Assembly: GCA_030704615.1 (NCBI GenBank)
Contig: CM060733.1
Coordinates: 32,860,001-32,924,000, forward strand
DNA length: 64,000 nt
Direction: 5' to 3'
Origin: Takakia lepidozioides
Lineage: Eukaryota; Plantae; Bryophyta
This document shows positions 1 to 14,343 of this stretch, piece by piece. Within the stretch, counting starts at the first letter, position 1; each line of letters starts with the position of its first letter. The translations under genes and the position numbers were made by a program. The notes beneath the pieces were generated by a model. That model was not told where the DNA came from. It made no database searches and saw nothing but the letters and a program-made list of their open reading frames with translations.

Positions 1-1220
1 ATTATGGATTTGTGAAACAGTAGAAAATTTGTCAATTTGTGAGGGAACTGTAGAATTGGCAAGCAATGGAAGAGATGTGGATTTGTGGGCCACTCAAGAA
101 AGTTTGAATAACCCTAATTTCTGCATTGTCGGATAACACAAAATTTTGGATTTACAGGCCTGTGGAGGAGTTCGGGGATTAGGCGAGCACTGGAAGAGGT
201 GTAGCTATGTGGACACCTATGGAATATGCACTTGCAATATTGCCAATTGTTCATTTTCATTGAAAAATACATTAGAAACTGTGGATTGAAATGTGGGGGC
301 GGCCGGCTGAAATTGCATAGTAGACATTTATGGGGTTTAAGTGGACCCAATTTTAGACCAAGACATCGAGGCTTGGTTTTCTGCAGTGGGTGTATGTGAG
401 TGTAAGCAATCCATAACAGAAGACCAATCGCAAAGCAGGTAACCCCAATTGAAAAGCTGTAGTAAGTCTACAGACATGAGTGAATATTCAATTGAAAGGC
501 CAAACCTGAGTAGCATTGTACAGCGTATTGGAGCTCCATGTCCAGAAACCATAAGCAACATTCTGCCGGAAGTTGATCTCCACCAGCCTCTTTGACCACT
601 TACTATATCTGCTCTACAGCACATTCAGCAGATTTCATTACTCCACAAATGATCAATATCAGGGAAGGAAGCCTGCCATTGACAAATTGCATATTCCATC
701 AAAACTTCGTACAAGGTTTGCACTGACGTATACAGCAAGCTCTGGTTCTAATATAAGCTAGTCAGGCCAACTGTCCCTTACTTAATATGACATGCCCATG
801 TTATGAGTACATCCATAGACATTTGCAAGGGAATGCTGTTATTCAGTGTGGGAAACACTCAGGGAGCCCCGGATCCCACAGGACCATGATACTCTTGCAA
901 GGCAGTTCTGCAATTTGTGCTTTCCCTTTGGCAGCTCTCAATCTCCTCCATCAATTGGTCTACATGCTCCTATCTTGTTCCTGTGTTTATGATGGGTTGA
1001 TTGTATTTAACGTGAAATGTACTTTGCTATCTGTCTACACCTTCCGCATTCTCCTCCTGCTCCCTTGCCTTCCTCTCTGTCATCACCCGCTCTACTATGT
1101 CATCAAGCCCCTTGATGTATCCCCAGAACAGCAGTCACCATCTCAGTAGAACGCTCAGTAACACTATCAGAAAGATTTCACCACTAATAAGGGAGGAAAA
1201 AGGCAGAATTAGGGACCTGG

Positions 1221-4200
1221 CCACTTCTTCTTTCTCAGTGCCAAATGTCCGCACCACCCTGGCCAAGGATAAAGTTTCTTCTGCAACCTGTGGAACAAAA
1301 ACCCCTCGCCACGGCAAGTCAATGGCCACCTATTTACTGCATGTCCCTCCTCCCTCACAATAATGTACAAACCTTATGCCAACACCATACTTGGTGTCCA
1401 AGCTAAACTGACCAAACATCGATTTAGAGCCAAATACCACTTCGAGTGAGGATCACCTCATTGGCTGATGCCACAGAGTCCTGAGCTGCCTTCGCTGTTC
1501 TTTTCTGGTACCTGGCACAAGACACCATACTCTCAAGTCAATCACTGCACAAGAGCAACCAGGATACTTTTGTTAGTAAATATTCTTGAGGTAAATTATA
1601 CAACTGCAGATGATGTGAACTCCTCGTGTAGAAGAAATAGCAATCTTGCAAATTTGACAGCAGAATTGGTAGTATGAGGAAGGCCAAAGTGTTGCAAAAC
1701 AGGGAGTTAACCACAAACCGGCCATATATGCGCATGAAGCACCACATAAGACTGCAGATGAGGACTGTGGTCAGAGCCAGCTGCCATGACAGTGTCATCA
1801 AATACACCAATGCTCCAATTCCCTGCATCACCCAGGTAACATATATCAGATGACTATTTACAACCAAATAAAGCAGCTGCTAGGAAGCCCACTGAAAGTG
1901 TCAAGCAATGAAGTGGAATAGTATCCACACGCTCAATGCACGGGTTAAAATTTACACTCATTTCTGCATACTCGTATCATGGGCTAAATTCCACCTACCC
2001 CATGCTTATCCTCTCCAAACGAGAAGAAAAATAGGAGCAAATAGAGGATACATTCCCCTTGCAAAGACCCATGCTGTAATGAAGATGACCCCAACATAGA
2101 TACACTAGAGATGTATGCATGCACAAATGAAACCACACACACTATGTGCAGGCATTGACGTGGCACATGAGTGCTTTTCATTCAGCTGCATGGAATGAAT
2201 GTCCATTGAGGATGTGGGGGTTGTGCACCTGGAGGCTGTTACGGAACATAACATTGAGATCATTGCCAATGATACGTGACACCTGTTGACAGTCGGATCC
2301 CAGTCGACTGGTGAGTGCCCCCACTGCCTCAGAGTCAAAAAATGAGATGTCCTGCAATTACAATCTTTGTTGAGAAAATGATGTTTAGCCCCACACAGAT
2401 CAGTGTTGAGTGGCATCCTTCTTATTACTGTGCTAATTTTCTTTGAATTACCAATCATATACAGGGTTTTGATCCAATGTTGAGTGATACTATCTTCAAC
2501 GTTCTCAGAGCATCTAGATTGAGGCACCTCCACAATTTCACATTGCGACCTGGGAAATTAGTGTAGTGGTAAATGTCCGGGGTTGGTTCCTAACATTGTT
2601 CCGAAGAATCTTAAATCCAGGCACGAAGGCTACTCCCACTTCTCTTTCACACGGACATCTCCATCACAGATGCACTGGACTTAGAGAAGAGTGAGGACAA
2701 AGACAGATCTATCTGATGGAAAAGTAAACCAATAAATGATGATGAAGATGACCAAGTGACAGTAGATTTCACGGAGAGCTGCAGAAGTGTTTGGTCATGC
2801 CTGACCTTCCTATTCCCAGAATGAAGACCTTCATGCATAGAAAACAGTGGTAACGAATGGCAGTACCTGACTAAGGAGAGTTGTAAACAGCTTCTCCCGC
2901 ATCCGTCGCACCTGTCACCCTCAATCACATTTTCCTTGTCATATGAGCACCCCATATTACTGCATCTCTTCCTAAGCCAATGCCAACTGCATAAAGGCAA
3001 TCGTCCCCCTAGCTAACCAGGACAAGGTTTCTGACTAGGTCTGAGTGATGGAAAGCACTGAAAGCCTAATTGGATCACACAAAAAGCTGGTACTTGGGAA
3101 TTGGGTGTCCCCACTCCAGTACCGGGATAACCAAGGCAGAACTCTGTCTCCATCTTACTGTATGCCACAGCCTTCCAACAATTTTATCACATCCTTCACA
3201 TTACCCTCTGTCATCCCCTCAATTCAAAAGAGCCGCCATACTTATTCCGCTCAGTGGGGGCAGACCCATTGCACATTCCAGCCAAAGCACGGCATATACT
3301 TATGACAAGGTAAAACAATTCCTGTCTCCATAATATAGATATTAACTAATCCAAAACAATATTGGGACTGAAGAATGAAATTCCTTCTCTGGCACCCCCA
3401 AAGGAATCCCAGCAGTATTGGCAAGACACAGAACTTCAGTTCGCATGTCCTGGTTAAAAATATCCATACTGCCAGTCTACTGAACATGAAACCATCTATA
3501 GATGTACAGAGTGACAAATCCTTTTAGAGGTGTACACATAACCAAACAGATGTTGCACCAGTCCAAGTTAAAATGTAAACTAACACAAACAAGACAGCAC
3601 AGTGCTAACATTGTGCTGTCAACCACTCAGACCATCAACTTTATCATGTGTGGCAGCAACAAGCTGCCACCACACCCCACCAACTTCTTCAGCTCCTGAC
3701 AGTGGGTGTTGCACTGTGCTGAAATTCAAGGGCATACCATTATACAAATCTTTGTACTGAGTTTCTGCCACTTTTCCAAAAGTATCAGGAAAACTCGGCC
3801 ATGATGTCGGCTAGCACTTTGCAGTTTTTAAGGAATAAAGAGCTCCCCAAAGTGGTCAAAGAGACAAGATGTTCACCAGAATTTGATTAGCAACCCCAAA
3901 GCATCCGCCTCTTAACCCACTGCATCATTCCCACACAGAGAATGTAGGGTGAACTCAGATTCTTCATTCCACCGAACATGGCATTTTGCAGAATGCATGT
4001 TGACAAATAAATAAAGGTTTGCATTTACTCCACATCAACACTTAATTTATGGATGCAGAAGTGCTAATATGTGGAAAAATAGAGAGAGAAGGGGAAGGGA
4101 CAAACTAAATTTCAAAACTGAGATTGGAGACATAGGAGAGTCAAAGGCAGAGTAAACCTGAAGAGGCCATAGGTGCAGCTCATCACAGCAAGAAGTCGTG

Positions 4201-4867
4201 CATTCTTGTAGAACTGATCTGTGAGCCCACTCTGTGCTGAAAAGATAGTGGCTGCCACGAAGTGCGGAATTGTAATTTCGGAAAGCTGTTACCAGGGGAG
4301 AAAGGGCAGATAAGCCAACAGAAGTCATTGTCACCAGCCATTGACTTGTTATCTTATGACATAGAATGCAAGATCCAATACCAATTAGTCACCAATGAGT
4401 GAACCACTATCACAGATGCAGTCGAATCTAGGACCCTGCTTCATCTCACCAGAAGAACAAGGCATGAAAGGGAGACTTACAGCTGCTACTATGAGGGCCA
4501 AGAACGCAGCAGCAATGACAAACCGGTCTGGGGAGATCAGGACCCAGAGACGATGCATGGCCCCTATGAAGGTGATACCTTGCATCTCCTGCTGTAGGGC
4601 ATTTTCACCAATATCCCACCAGCTGCCATATGGCATGATTGACCGCATTGCTTTCAAAATACGGAGCACTTGTGCCACAAATCTCTGCTTCTCAATGTGC
4701 AGTGCTGCTCCATTCCCGTCCTTGGCTGCTTTCATTAGATCATGCTCAGAATAAGTGGGCCATAAGTTACCCTTGAAAGAATGACTGAGTATAGTCAGAA
4801 GACCGAAACATAGCTTCTGGCCCAAATCAAGTAAAGCATACAATGCCACTTCGAACACCAGAGTCAA
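1221..4867 (-). CDS. ABCB26: ABC transporter B family half-transporter (ABCB26/TAP1-like), multi-exon; partial, continues beyond the left edge
   Basis: Exons read on the minus strand: ITFIGAMHRLWVLISPDRFVIAAAFLALIVAA (~4480-4580), LSEITIPHFVAATIFSAQSG (~4160-4290), DISFFDSEAVGALTSRLGSDCQQVSRIIGNDLN (~2230-2355), GIGALVYLMTLSWQLAL (~1720-1822), RYQKRTAKAAQDSVASANE (~1457-1515) and VAEETLSLARVVRTFGTEKEE (~1220-1288). These match the ABC membrane domain of plant ABCB26-like proteins. The nucleotide-binding domain is not in the window. Confidence 0.88.
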
Positions 4868-5449
4868 ACAAAGACCATCTGAAGCTACTTAAAAATTTGC
4901 CATAGGTAGAACTTACTAAAGCTGAGCTGGTCTTGTTATTAAGTACTACAAAAGCCCCATCTGCATTTCCATTAACCCCACACTGTTTGCAAGAGAGGAA
5001 GTTGGGAGAAACTTTGAAGACCTTAACAATTCTTCGCCTTCAGCAATCCCAGGCCTAGTGATATGGCATGCTGAAGCACCGGGACGCATGCTATGTGAGA
5101 CAACCGGTACAATAACACCCCCCACCCCCAGGCCACAAATCTCTCCAATTTGAATTTGTGTTTAATAAGACAAAGAGTAACTAACTGAGGGGAGCTAGAA
5201 TTTTGAAGTCCCCAAAGAATCGACCCTCCATATTAATTAGGTACTTTCCAAGCTAACCACTATCACCACCATTGACTTGCTACTTCGAACTGGTTCTGTT
5301 CCCCAATCAGGTAATAACTTCCACTGAAAATCCTGTCTGCCAATGTTCAAATTCAACTTTGAGTCAGCTCCCACAGCTCTAGCCAACTAGTCTACACTGG
5401 ACATGATTTGTGCAGGCTCTTTGACTCCATTAGCTCCTTCACTGACTCC

Positions 5450-5965
5450 CTAGACAACGAGTCTGAATCCGAAACCTGCCAAGGCAAAACAAAATATGCT
5501 GGCTATTCCTACCATACTGAAAGACAAGCTGATCTGATGGAACTCACCTTGACTATCAATTGCCCCATTGCTGCCTGTATCTGCAGGTGAAAACAGCGCG
5601 CCACTGTCGGCATCGCTATACGCCAAGACTGGATGATGGTGTAATTGCCTGTGGACGAGCTCAGGAATGCCGCTGCTCTTCCATGGTTTCGACAAATTGA
5701 AGGATGCTGATTGCAAGAGATGCTTGCTGGAATCCTTGGCTCTCTCCGCCCCCCGGTCCTTCATTCGTCCGCGGCTTCCTCCATACAATTTGGCCATGAA
5801 AGCACGGCGCATAGCCATGCCTGCTGCATTGACCCTAAGATGCCTTGCATGTTGTTGCCTCTTCGGGGTCGATCTGGGGCCGCCATGCAACTTACCGGAC
5901 GCTGATGGGAGGGGGGAGATTGTGCGGGGATGCCAAGAGAGCACCCCTGGAGGTGCAGTGCCCAT
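5450..5965 (-). CDS. Possible 5' exon of the ABC gene (transit-peptide-like), or a separate ORF
   Basis: ATG-started ORF with an S/R/A-rich N-terminus, directly upstream of the ABC exons on the same strand. I could not resolve an in-frame splice to the ABC exons. Confidence 0.35.
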   Translation of the reverse strand: MGTAPPGVLSWHPRTISPLPSASGKLHGGPRSTPKRQQHARHLRVNAAGMAMRRAFMAKLYGGSRGRMKDRGAERAKDSSKHLLQSASFNLSKPWKSSGIPELVHRQLHHHPVLAYSDADSGALFSPADTGSNGAIDSQGEFHQISLSFSMVGIASIFCFALAGFGFRLVV

Positions 5966-8900
5966 AGATCAAACGTAGTCAGACTAATGGTGGATCACAA
6001 ACAGTGCTCCGTTTTTGATGAAGCAGAATCCATCGGCCACACTACCTATCACAACAGAGCTCCAGGTCCGCTTACAAATTCAGGCTTAGTGACTACAATT
6101 GTCTACACCCGAAGATCCAACCAGGTATTCCAATGGGAGGGTTTGAGCGGGTTTAAACACCAGAGATGTACACTTTCAGCCGCTAAACGGATAGAAACAT
6201 TCAAACCAAAAGGTACCACAGACAATTAAGTGGACAGGATACTGAGTGCACCTAAACTTTTTCAGAATAGTGCTGTCCAAGCCTGTGTCTTTGGATTGCA
6301 TACTCACCCACACGACGCATTCTGTGGTGAGAAAGGGGATGAGCGGCAAGCCTTTAACTGTACAATCAAAGACCTTCAACCATCTGCGTTCTATCTGCAA
6401 TCTGTCCGAAGACAGTTGCTACAGAAGAAAGTAGACGTAACGTTTAACTGTTAGAGTATGGCTTTCCTATATCAATCGCTACGAAGATAGTTTCCCTGAG
6501 CTCAGAATGGGTGGCATTCATTGCTCTGCTTCAAATCAGGAGAATTGATACTCTGGAGAGAATCAGCATAAGAAATCCGGGGACAGGTAGAATCTTTTTC
6601 CAAATCTCTGCTCGCTCAAAAAAGATTGAATTAGGGTACAAGACGACCAAAGCTAGGTTACGACGTGAACTCCCTAAGTAACAGTGACAAGCTATCACAC
6701 AGCCAGAACCGCCATGATCTTCTGAACACTATACGTCCACCAAATTTACGAATTTTTTTAAAAATTAGCCACAAGAAGCTGGCAACCACAGTTCAAGCTT
6801 CAATATTTGGGAGGCAAGAATGGACAGAGAGCAAGCAGCTTGAGATAACAACACACGACAGCTGGAGAAGAGATGAAAATTCCTACACCAGATTCCGGGC
6901 CCCCAAACGAACATGGAGAGATCCGAGTAAGAGTGCAGATGCGTGCGCAGCGAATTGCAGGCAGGAATGTGGTGCAGTGAGACAGCAGGCCAAGTGCAGC
7001 GCTCAAGAGTGTCCGAGATCCCGAGCGATTGCTCCTTCAAAAGGCATGCCACCGGCTATCGCCGGTCCACCGGATAAGCTATTTCTGTAGCAAATATTCT
7101 CTATTTTCAAACATTCTCTTAAAAACAAATTTAACGAAAAATTAATTAGATCATCTTCTCTAATCTTTTCACCAATCTTTCATTTTTATCTGTTTTTGCA
7201 AAACAAATCACATAAAAAAACAATCACATAAAAAATCACATATTATTATTATTATTATTCGTTTTTTTCCTTTTTTCCTTTTTTCTATTTTTCTGTGTTT
7301 TGTTTTTTCTTTGGTTAAAGAGGAGAGAGAGGCCTTCAATATCTCAGCCCTACACTTAATAACCGGATGCATACCCGGATCCGCTGTTTGTCATGTTGGT
7401 AATCCCCAGTACCGGCGGATATCTAAAACCAAAAGTTTTTAATACCCGGAACCGGCGGATATTAGAAAAAGGTACAGATCCGCCCAACACTGGATGACCC
7501 GAAGCTGTATTATAAAAACAAAACGGTGTGTGTGCCTCATGGTGTATCAGGGGTCTTAATTGTTTTTCCAAAATAATCTTATAATAAAATCTCCCAGGGC
7601 CTCTGTGCCTCTGTCCCCTGTTCTTTAAAAAAACAAAAACAAGGAAAAATGGTTTATTTCTGTAATATAAATATAAAACATTATTTCGAACTGCACCCTG
7701 TTAATCAAATTGAAACAAGGTTTAAAAAAAAAAGAGGAAACAATAATGTTTTATTAATTAAATTTAAAAAGAAAACGTCGATTATTTTTAATTTTGTTAT
7801 TAATTAAATTATTAAAAAACTATTAAGTTGTCTTGGAGTAATTAAAAAATTAGAGAAAACAGAACAAAAGTTTTGAGAAGAAAGATATTTGGAGGGGGGT
7901 CCCGCCAATGAGGGCACCCCCAACATGTGGCTACACAACACCCACTATGCCACGAGGCGACTTTCTATTCGTCCAAATTTGTGGACCCACCGATGGAGTG
8001 CAGATGGATGAATGAGGTGGATGGATGTGGGGCCGTAACAGGCGGGCACGTTTATAGCGCGGGAGTGGAGCCTGGAGGGAAGCGGTCAAGTCGTCTCGCA
8101 CGCTCTCGCAGCCTCACCTTCGGTTCGGTGCTGTGACAGTGGTGCAGGCCCTCATCTCCTCATGTCTCTTACATGCATGAATCAACCTGCCACCCATCTT
8201 TCTGTCTAAAGTAGCTTTTTCAAAAGAAGGTTGTTCCTCTATCCGCAGGTCAACACAATGCTGCCTATCAGCCTGCTTCTTTTGCACTGGATGTACACCT
8301 TTGCTTGATGTGCTTTGAGTACTTCTTTTTCCCCCAGCTATGCAGCTCCTCCTTGCATGCATTCCAAGACTTTAGTATAAGATGGATTACACTGTTGCTG
8401 AGGACGGCCGCATGTATATACACAATCTATGCATGGTAATTCCTTCCAAACTAGTCCTCGTTCAAGTCACACAAATTAAACCCATGCAAGCACAAAAGAG
8501 TCATCTTGTTAGAAAAATAGGGGCTTGCGAGTCCAGAGTGATGATGCTTAGTGAATAGAATCGTCTGTGGAGATGCGCATAGTTGGCGTCTTCACACGCT
8601 GGGTTGGCTGCCTTTGAAGAGTCGCTCATATCTCTCATGGGAATTTGGTGAGTGTTTGTCTTCAACTACTTGTATCTTCCTTCTTGCTTTGTTAGAGACG
8701 TCCGCTCCATCTAGTGACGAAACCATACGCCGGAATTGGTTTCTCCTCTCCATCCACACTTCAAACTCCCGTGCATTAACATTGGGGATCCGGTTGTCCT
8801 GGAGCTGTCTGTCCTTCAGCCATCGCAGGTGGTGCTCCTGGTTGGGTTGGTGATGAACCAATTCCGGTCTCCCTCGGATCTTTGAGTTCATAAGCTTGAG

Positions 8901-11124
8901 GGTTATTAGAAGTAAACAAACTGAAAAGTAGACGCAAGCAAAAACCTCAGTTGCATGCACGCTTCATGCTGAGTTCTTTAACTGCATTGCTGGTACTGAA
9001 TTCATCTCTGAACCTTGGAGCCAAATTTGGTGAGAGCTCTTCCATAGCAGAGTCTCCTCCACCAATGACAGCCTATCGCCTACGTCTAAACATGGGTGCT
9101 GCTCCATCACAAACAACACGGGCTGATCCAGCAGTGTTGTGAGCCTAGGACACCAGATCTGTCTGTGGGGTAAATATCGATAGCTGCATCAATGCCCCCA
9201 AGATCTTTTGAGGCTGCACACTCCCAAGTCAGTCACAATGAGAGCACATTTTGACTCTGCAATGTACATATCACCGCCCAACACGCAATGCTCATCAATG
9301 ACAAGGGAAACGTGCGACAAAATCAACTGAGTAGGGAATGCCAATTTCAGTGGTATGTCTACCATTGCACAAGCAAGAAACAAGCAAATCTAAACGAAGA
9401 AGAAGATTGAATTGATTGAATACAGTGTGATAGAGCAGACACTGTGCAGAGCGGTGTAATCACAATCACATTAGCTGAAGACACTCTCTGCAACTTACAC
9501 ATGTGCGGAAAAATAAAATAAAAATAAAAATAAAGAAATGCCAAAGCAAGCGTTATGGTGTCACTTGTTGGATCCCCTAGTGTTACTACTCCCTTCCGAT
9601 GGGAAGGTGCAACCTCAAACACGGCATAGATCAACCTCCCACTATCCCACTCATTGTTCAAATAAAGGTCTGAAATGTCAATCCATGAAATACAAAGATC
9701 ATAGCTAACGTTCAATCTTGCTTCCCTCCGACTTGGCTTCTAGCACACTGTGTCATACCCTTGCTTTGACCAAGGGCCAAACAAGTCCTTAGTTGTTGAC
9801 CTGTTTTCCCTTTCTGGGGCCCCAAAAAATGGCCCCAAGTGCAACCGTGGCATTTTTCAGATTTTCATCTGATTGCCCTGGAAATTAGTAGGGCATATGC
9901 AGGAGGTAGGTAAGGGAGGTAATGTCCGGCCAATTTTGCAAAATTCCAGCATTTTCACATCCCAAAGGTAGTCATTTTGGGAAATGTCAAGCTTACTCAC
10001 TGGGCGGTTAAGGGTTAAACTCACACATGGGTGCAGAAATGTAACCTGATGACTAACAATTCCTGTGATAGTTTGAAACAAGTCTCAAAAGTCAATTCGT
10101 GAGAAAGATACTAAGATCATACTTCTGCTACTACGGTATTAGAATGACTTGTGGGGAGATGGCCACCAATATTGCTGACCAGCGTATGATGTATTGGCGA
10201 GTAACCTTGAATGGTTCATTCGAGAACCGATCATTAACTGAAATTGCCTTGATGAAAACTCACAGTAGAGCCATATCCTAACATAACCTTCACTCTTTTC
10301 ACTCTTCACTATCACTAAAATCAGCTCTACTCTCACTCAATCTGGTGCTGTTGGCATCATATGTACACTGAAATTTCTCCCCTAGCCCTGGTCCTGTATT
10401 ATGACTTTAAGAAACAACACTGCATTTTACTGATGTGTACGAGAGTATTTTTTTTCCTGTAGTCACCCTTCTGCAGGATAGCAGCATTCATCTCTCATCT
10501 GCCACAAAACCAACTGCTTTCAAGTCATTCAGGGTTTCTGAGACCCTCAATTTTGTTCTCTCTCACAGAAAGCATACTTCATACTCTACACCTCCCAACC
10601 ATCAAGCACCAACGTTAAAATCATTAGAGTGAGTTTCCATCAAATGCCCCACCAATCCTCCACTCCAAGAGTACCTTTCATTTGACAGTCTATGGACACT
10701 ACTTCGCATTACCCCCCTTGCAGTTACACCCCTGACGACAAACAAGACAACAATGTCAGAAATAAGTAGGTCGATTGGAGCCCAATTGGGTAACTAATTG
10801 CTGATTAAGACTTCCATGACAAACAATTGCTGCATTCAAACCAAGAAGAAGGTCCTTACCATGATGTCATGTTGCTGACCAGCCTGACTGTCGAGAGGTG
10901 TGAGTATTTTCCAGGAGAAGGGTCACACCTGATGGTAGTAGCACACTAGCTGTGCCTTCAGCATGATGTGAACAACAGAAGCAGGAGCAGGCAGACGCCG
11001 TCTTTACATTCAACATTAGAGGAGCAGGATGCCGAAGAAGCGAGGACCAGTCTCCGTCTGTGTGATGGAGGCCTTGCAGATTCATAGGCCGAACCGGGAA
11101 GCAAAATTGCAAGCAGGAGGAACC

Positions 11125-14100
11125 TTACTGGGGTCCGTACTTCACATTCTCCCATAGGAAGGGAGGAAGGACAAACAGAATTTGTGGAGGTCCCTTGAAA
11201 AGTAGACACACGACAACACACACTGTGGCTATGGCCACCAAGGACAGAACAAACGGCCTGTACACACGGCCCCTGAAGCCATGGCGAGTGGCCGGATACC
11301 TAGCAAGTGCTTCACCTTTGCAAAAAGAAGAGGCAGCCTTGCTGGGTTCATTGTCCCTTGAGGACGCATTTCCATTTGCCCATAATGATAGCTCTAAAGC
11401 CATGGAGTTTGTTGTGTGTGTGGTCAATCCTTCTGCTTCCATACCATTCCTAGATCTCGTATCCCAGACTTGGGGACGAGCTTCAGCTGGGATATTGATA
11501 GTCACATTTTCCACACTCACAAGGTGAGCAAGTTTGCCTCTCACCAATATCAGGGACTGAAAGTTCCCTGCTGCAAGCGCACAGCTAAGGGGTGTCTCCC
11601 CACTCTCATCCTGATGGCTGACCCATGCGTGCAATCCCACCTGGCACACATTCCATCACTTGCTGATCAAGGATCAAGTGAATGAGCTTCTGCTTGCCTA
11701 CTCATAAGAACGCACCCTCACAGCATAATGCAAATGCAGCAAGGACACTACGTGTAATGTCTACACCCTAAATATACCCATATCTCCCCATACGACAGTG
11801 GATCAAACCCTTGGGACAATAACTCACCTGAAAAGGGTCGCTGGTGAGGGCATCAACAACTTCTTCAGTGTCTTGCATGCTAGCAGCAATGTGCAGAGGG
11901 GTAAGACCCGCAGGTCCAGCCATATTTGGCCTAAATATTCTGCCCCACCGCACCTTGAACTGCATGGTTCTATGGAGTAATTCAGACTCTGAGACAGCTT
12001 CACTTGAAAGGCATGAAGGCACATAGGCCAGCAGAAGCTCGACCATTGGCCGGCATTTCCTGCGAACTGCTCGGTGTAACAAGCTCACTTCCTCTTGCAA
12101 AACAGGGGAAAGGCCTGAGAAGGCAGCGTCAGCATCCAGGACCCCAAACAGAATGTTCAGCAGTTTTCGCACCACCGCACACCAGTCCCGTTCAACAGAA
12201 AAGACCATGAGGCGATGTAACTGAGTAGCTGGGAACTGGAAGACATTCCATAATCAGTATCAGTATAGCAGAAATAACGCATGATTCTGATCAGTCAGAC
12301 CATGGAAATAGGCAACTCTCTTCCTATAGTTCCAAACCTCCCAGATCAAACCACGAGTGTCAGCCAACAAGACGTATCATATAAGGGTGAAACTCAACTT
12401 GCAAGATCATGCACAGTAGAATTGAAAGACACTAAAACAACACCAAAGTGCTGCCTAGAAGAAATATCAAGGAATTCATTTCCAGTTACAGACCACAACA
12501 CCAGACTACACATCAAATCATCAGACAATGTAACACACAAATCACAGCCAACCCTTCAACAGTGTTCTAAGTTGACAAATCCAAGAAGAACGTTCACTAC
12601 TATCTACATAACAGTCAAAGGGAGATCTGAATTGTTCATGCAAGCATAGAAGAGTGAATAACAGTGAAAGAGAACATCTATGCGATGGGGATGTCCCGGC
12701 CATATTATTGACCTCCCAATAGACTGTGCCATGTCAAAATAACCCACATGGAGTTAAAACACGATTGACTAAATAAGAATAATGATAACATCACAATTAA
12801 AGGAGCTTAGCCTTATTAATCATTGTTACATTTATTACTCCACTATGGAGTTCAACCAAACACATGACAGCAATAAACAGGTACGTGCATTTAGAACTGC
12901 ATACCATATCCAGAACAGGGGCGCCTTTCATCTGCCAAAAGTTACTCCTCTGAAAAAACCAACCCAGCTCATGCAAGAAGAATGTGACCTCCTCCTCCGC
13001 CACCCAGCGTGCCACCTCAGTGTAGTGCATGATGTCAGAGGGTTGGAGCCCATCTCTCTGAGCTGCCTGGGCTACAAGTGAGGCAGCATTTTCAATCTCT
13101 TCTTCCAGTGTGCGGAGCTCTGTGCACACTGGGCTCTCTGCAACTATGACTGGCTTCAAATTTCCTCCAATACAGTCCTGTTCCACCTGCAAGAATCCAG
13201 TTGTCATATGAGATAACTTCTCCATGCAATGAAAGGCTTTGAATTAAGCTGAACCCGCAGCAACCCAAGAACAGGGTTGAGCATTGCCCCCAAATCTGGT
13301 CCAAAAGGTATATGTATTTTCTGTCGACTCTAGTAGGGTAGACACATGAACCACGAACCACGAACATTGTAAACCTACCAAATGAGAAACTCATAGAGGA
13401 TAGACCAGTCATGCCCCGCAACAAGGAACAGATTTGTGTACAGTATGACTACACGAACAAATGCAACCTGACCGCCAGCCATTACCAGTCTACAATTGCA
13501 TAAATAAGCTATATGATGCCTTTTTGCATGTAAGGAATAACACGCACAAACGCGACCAATATAGCACCCATACCTCAATGAAACATCGACCCACAAGATC
13601 AGAGGGTCCTCCAGGAAAGGTGAAACTCTGGTCCAGAGAAAGGACAGCTTCTGCAGTTGCTTCCCAGCTAGTGCTACTATTGTTATCGTCCTCGCTATCA
13701 TCAGCCCCATCATCATCGCTAACAGGCCCATATGCTTGATCTTGCTCCAGATCACAGACCTCTTGCTGCATGTATTTTCCTTGGTACGCACAGAGTATCC
13801 TGAACCAATACATAGCCCTATCTCCATTGTCAATATGAGAAGCGAAAGCACAACAACAAATGATTATCTGAAAGCCCAAATACTTAAGCATTTGACTTGA
13901 ATTAAAAGATTGATAAAGATAGCAAATTCTGCAACCTGCTTCTCACAGCTGGCCAGCTAGGCAGCCATCGTTGTGAAATTCCACAGACAGCATGTCAACC
14001 AAAGGTGAAAGGGGTGTGGAGGCAGACGCAAACACCTTCCAAATGATATCTCAGAAAACTGGGAGGATTGTCTGATACAGACCTTGTCCCGGAAAGTGTG

Positions 14101-14300
14101 AGGTTCAGCCCCCTCAAGGTGATATTAGTTTGTTGACCAGCCACGATGGCAATGGGCCTTACAGATTGGATGTAGGAGTGACTCCATAGCTTGACAAATC
14201 TGCTCTCATAAATCTCACCTGCAAGATACATACCCTAGCCGAACAGCCATTAATCACCCACCCAACTTGAAACCAAAAGTTGTGTGATCCATACATTGTG

Positions 14301-14343
<43 letters not shown>

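Noticed and set aside
8551-9142. ORFs of 100-122 aa between the ABC and SPL genes
   Set aside because: No recognisable domain or consistent exon chain.
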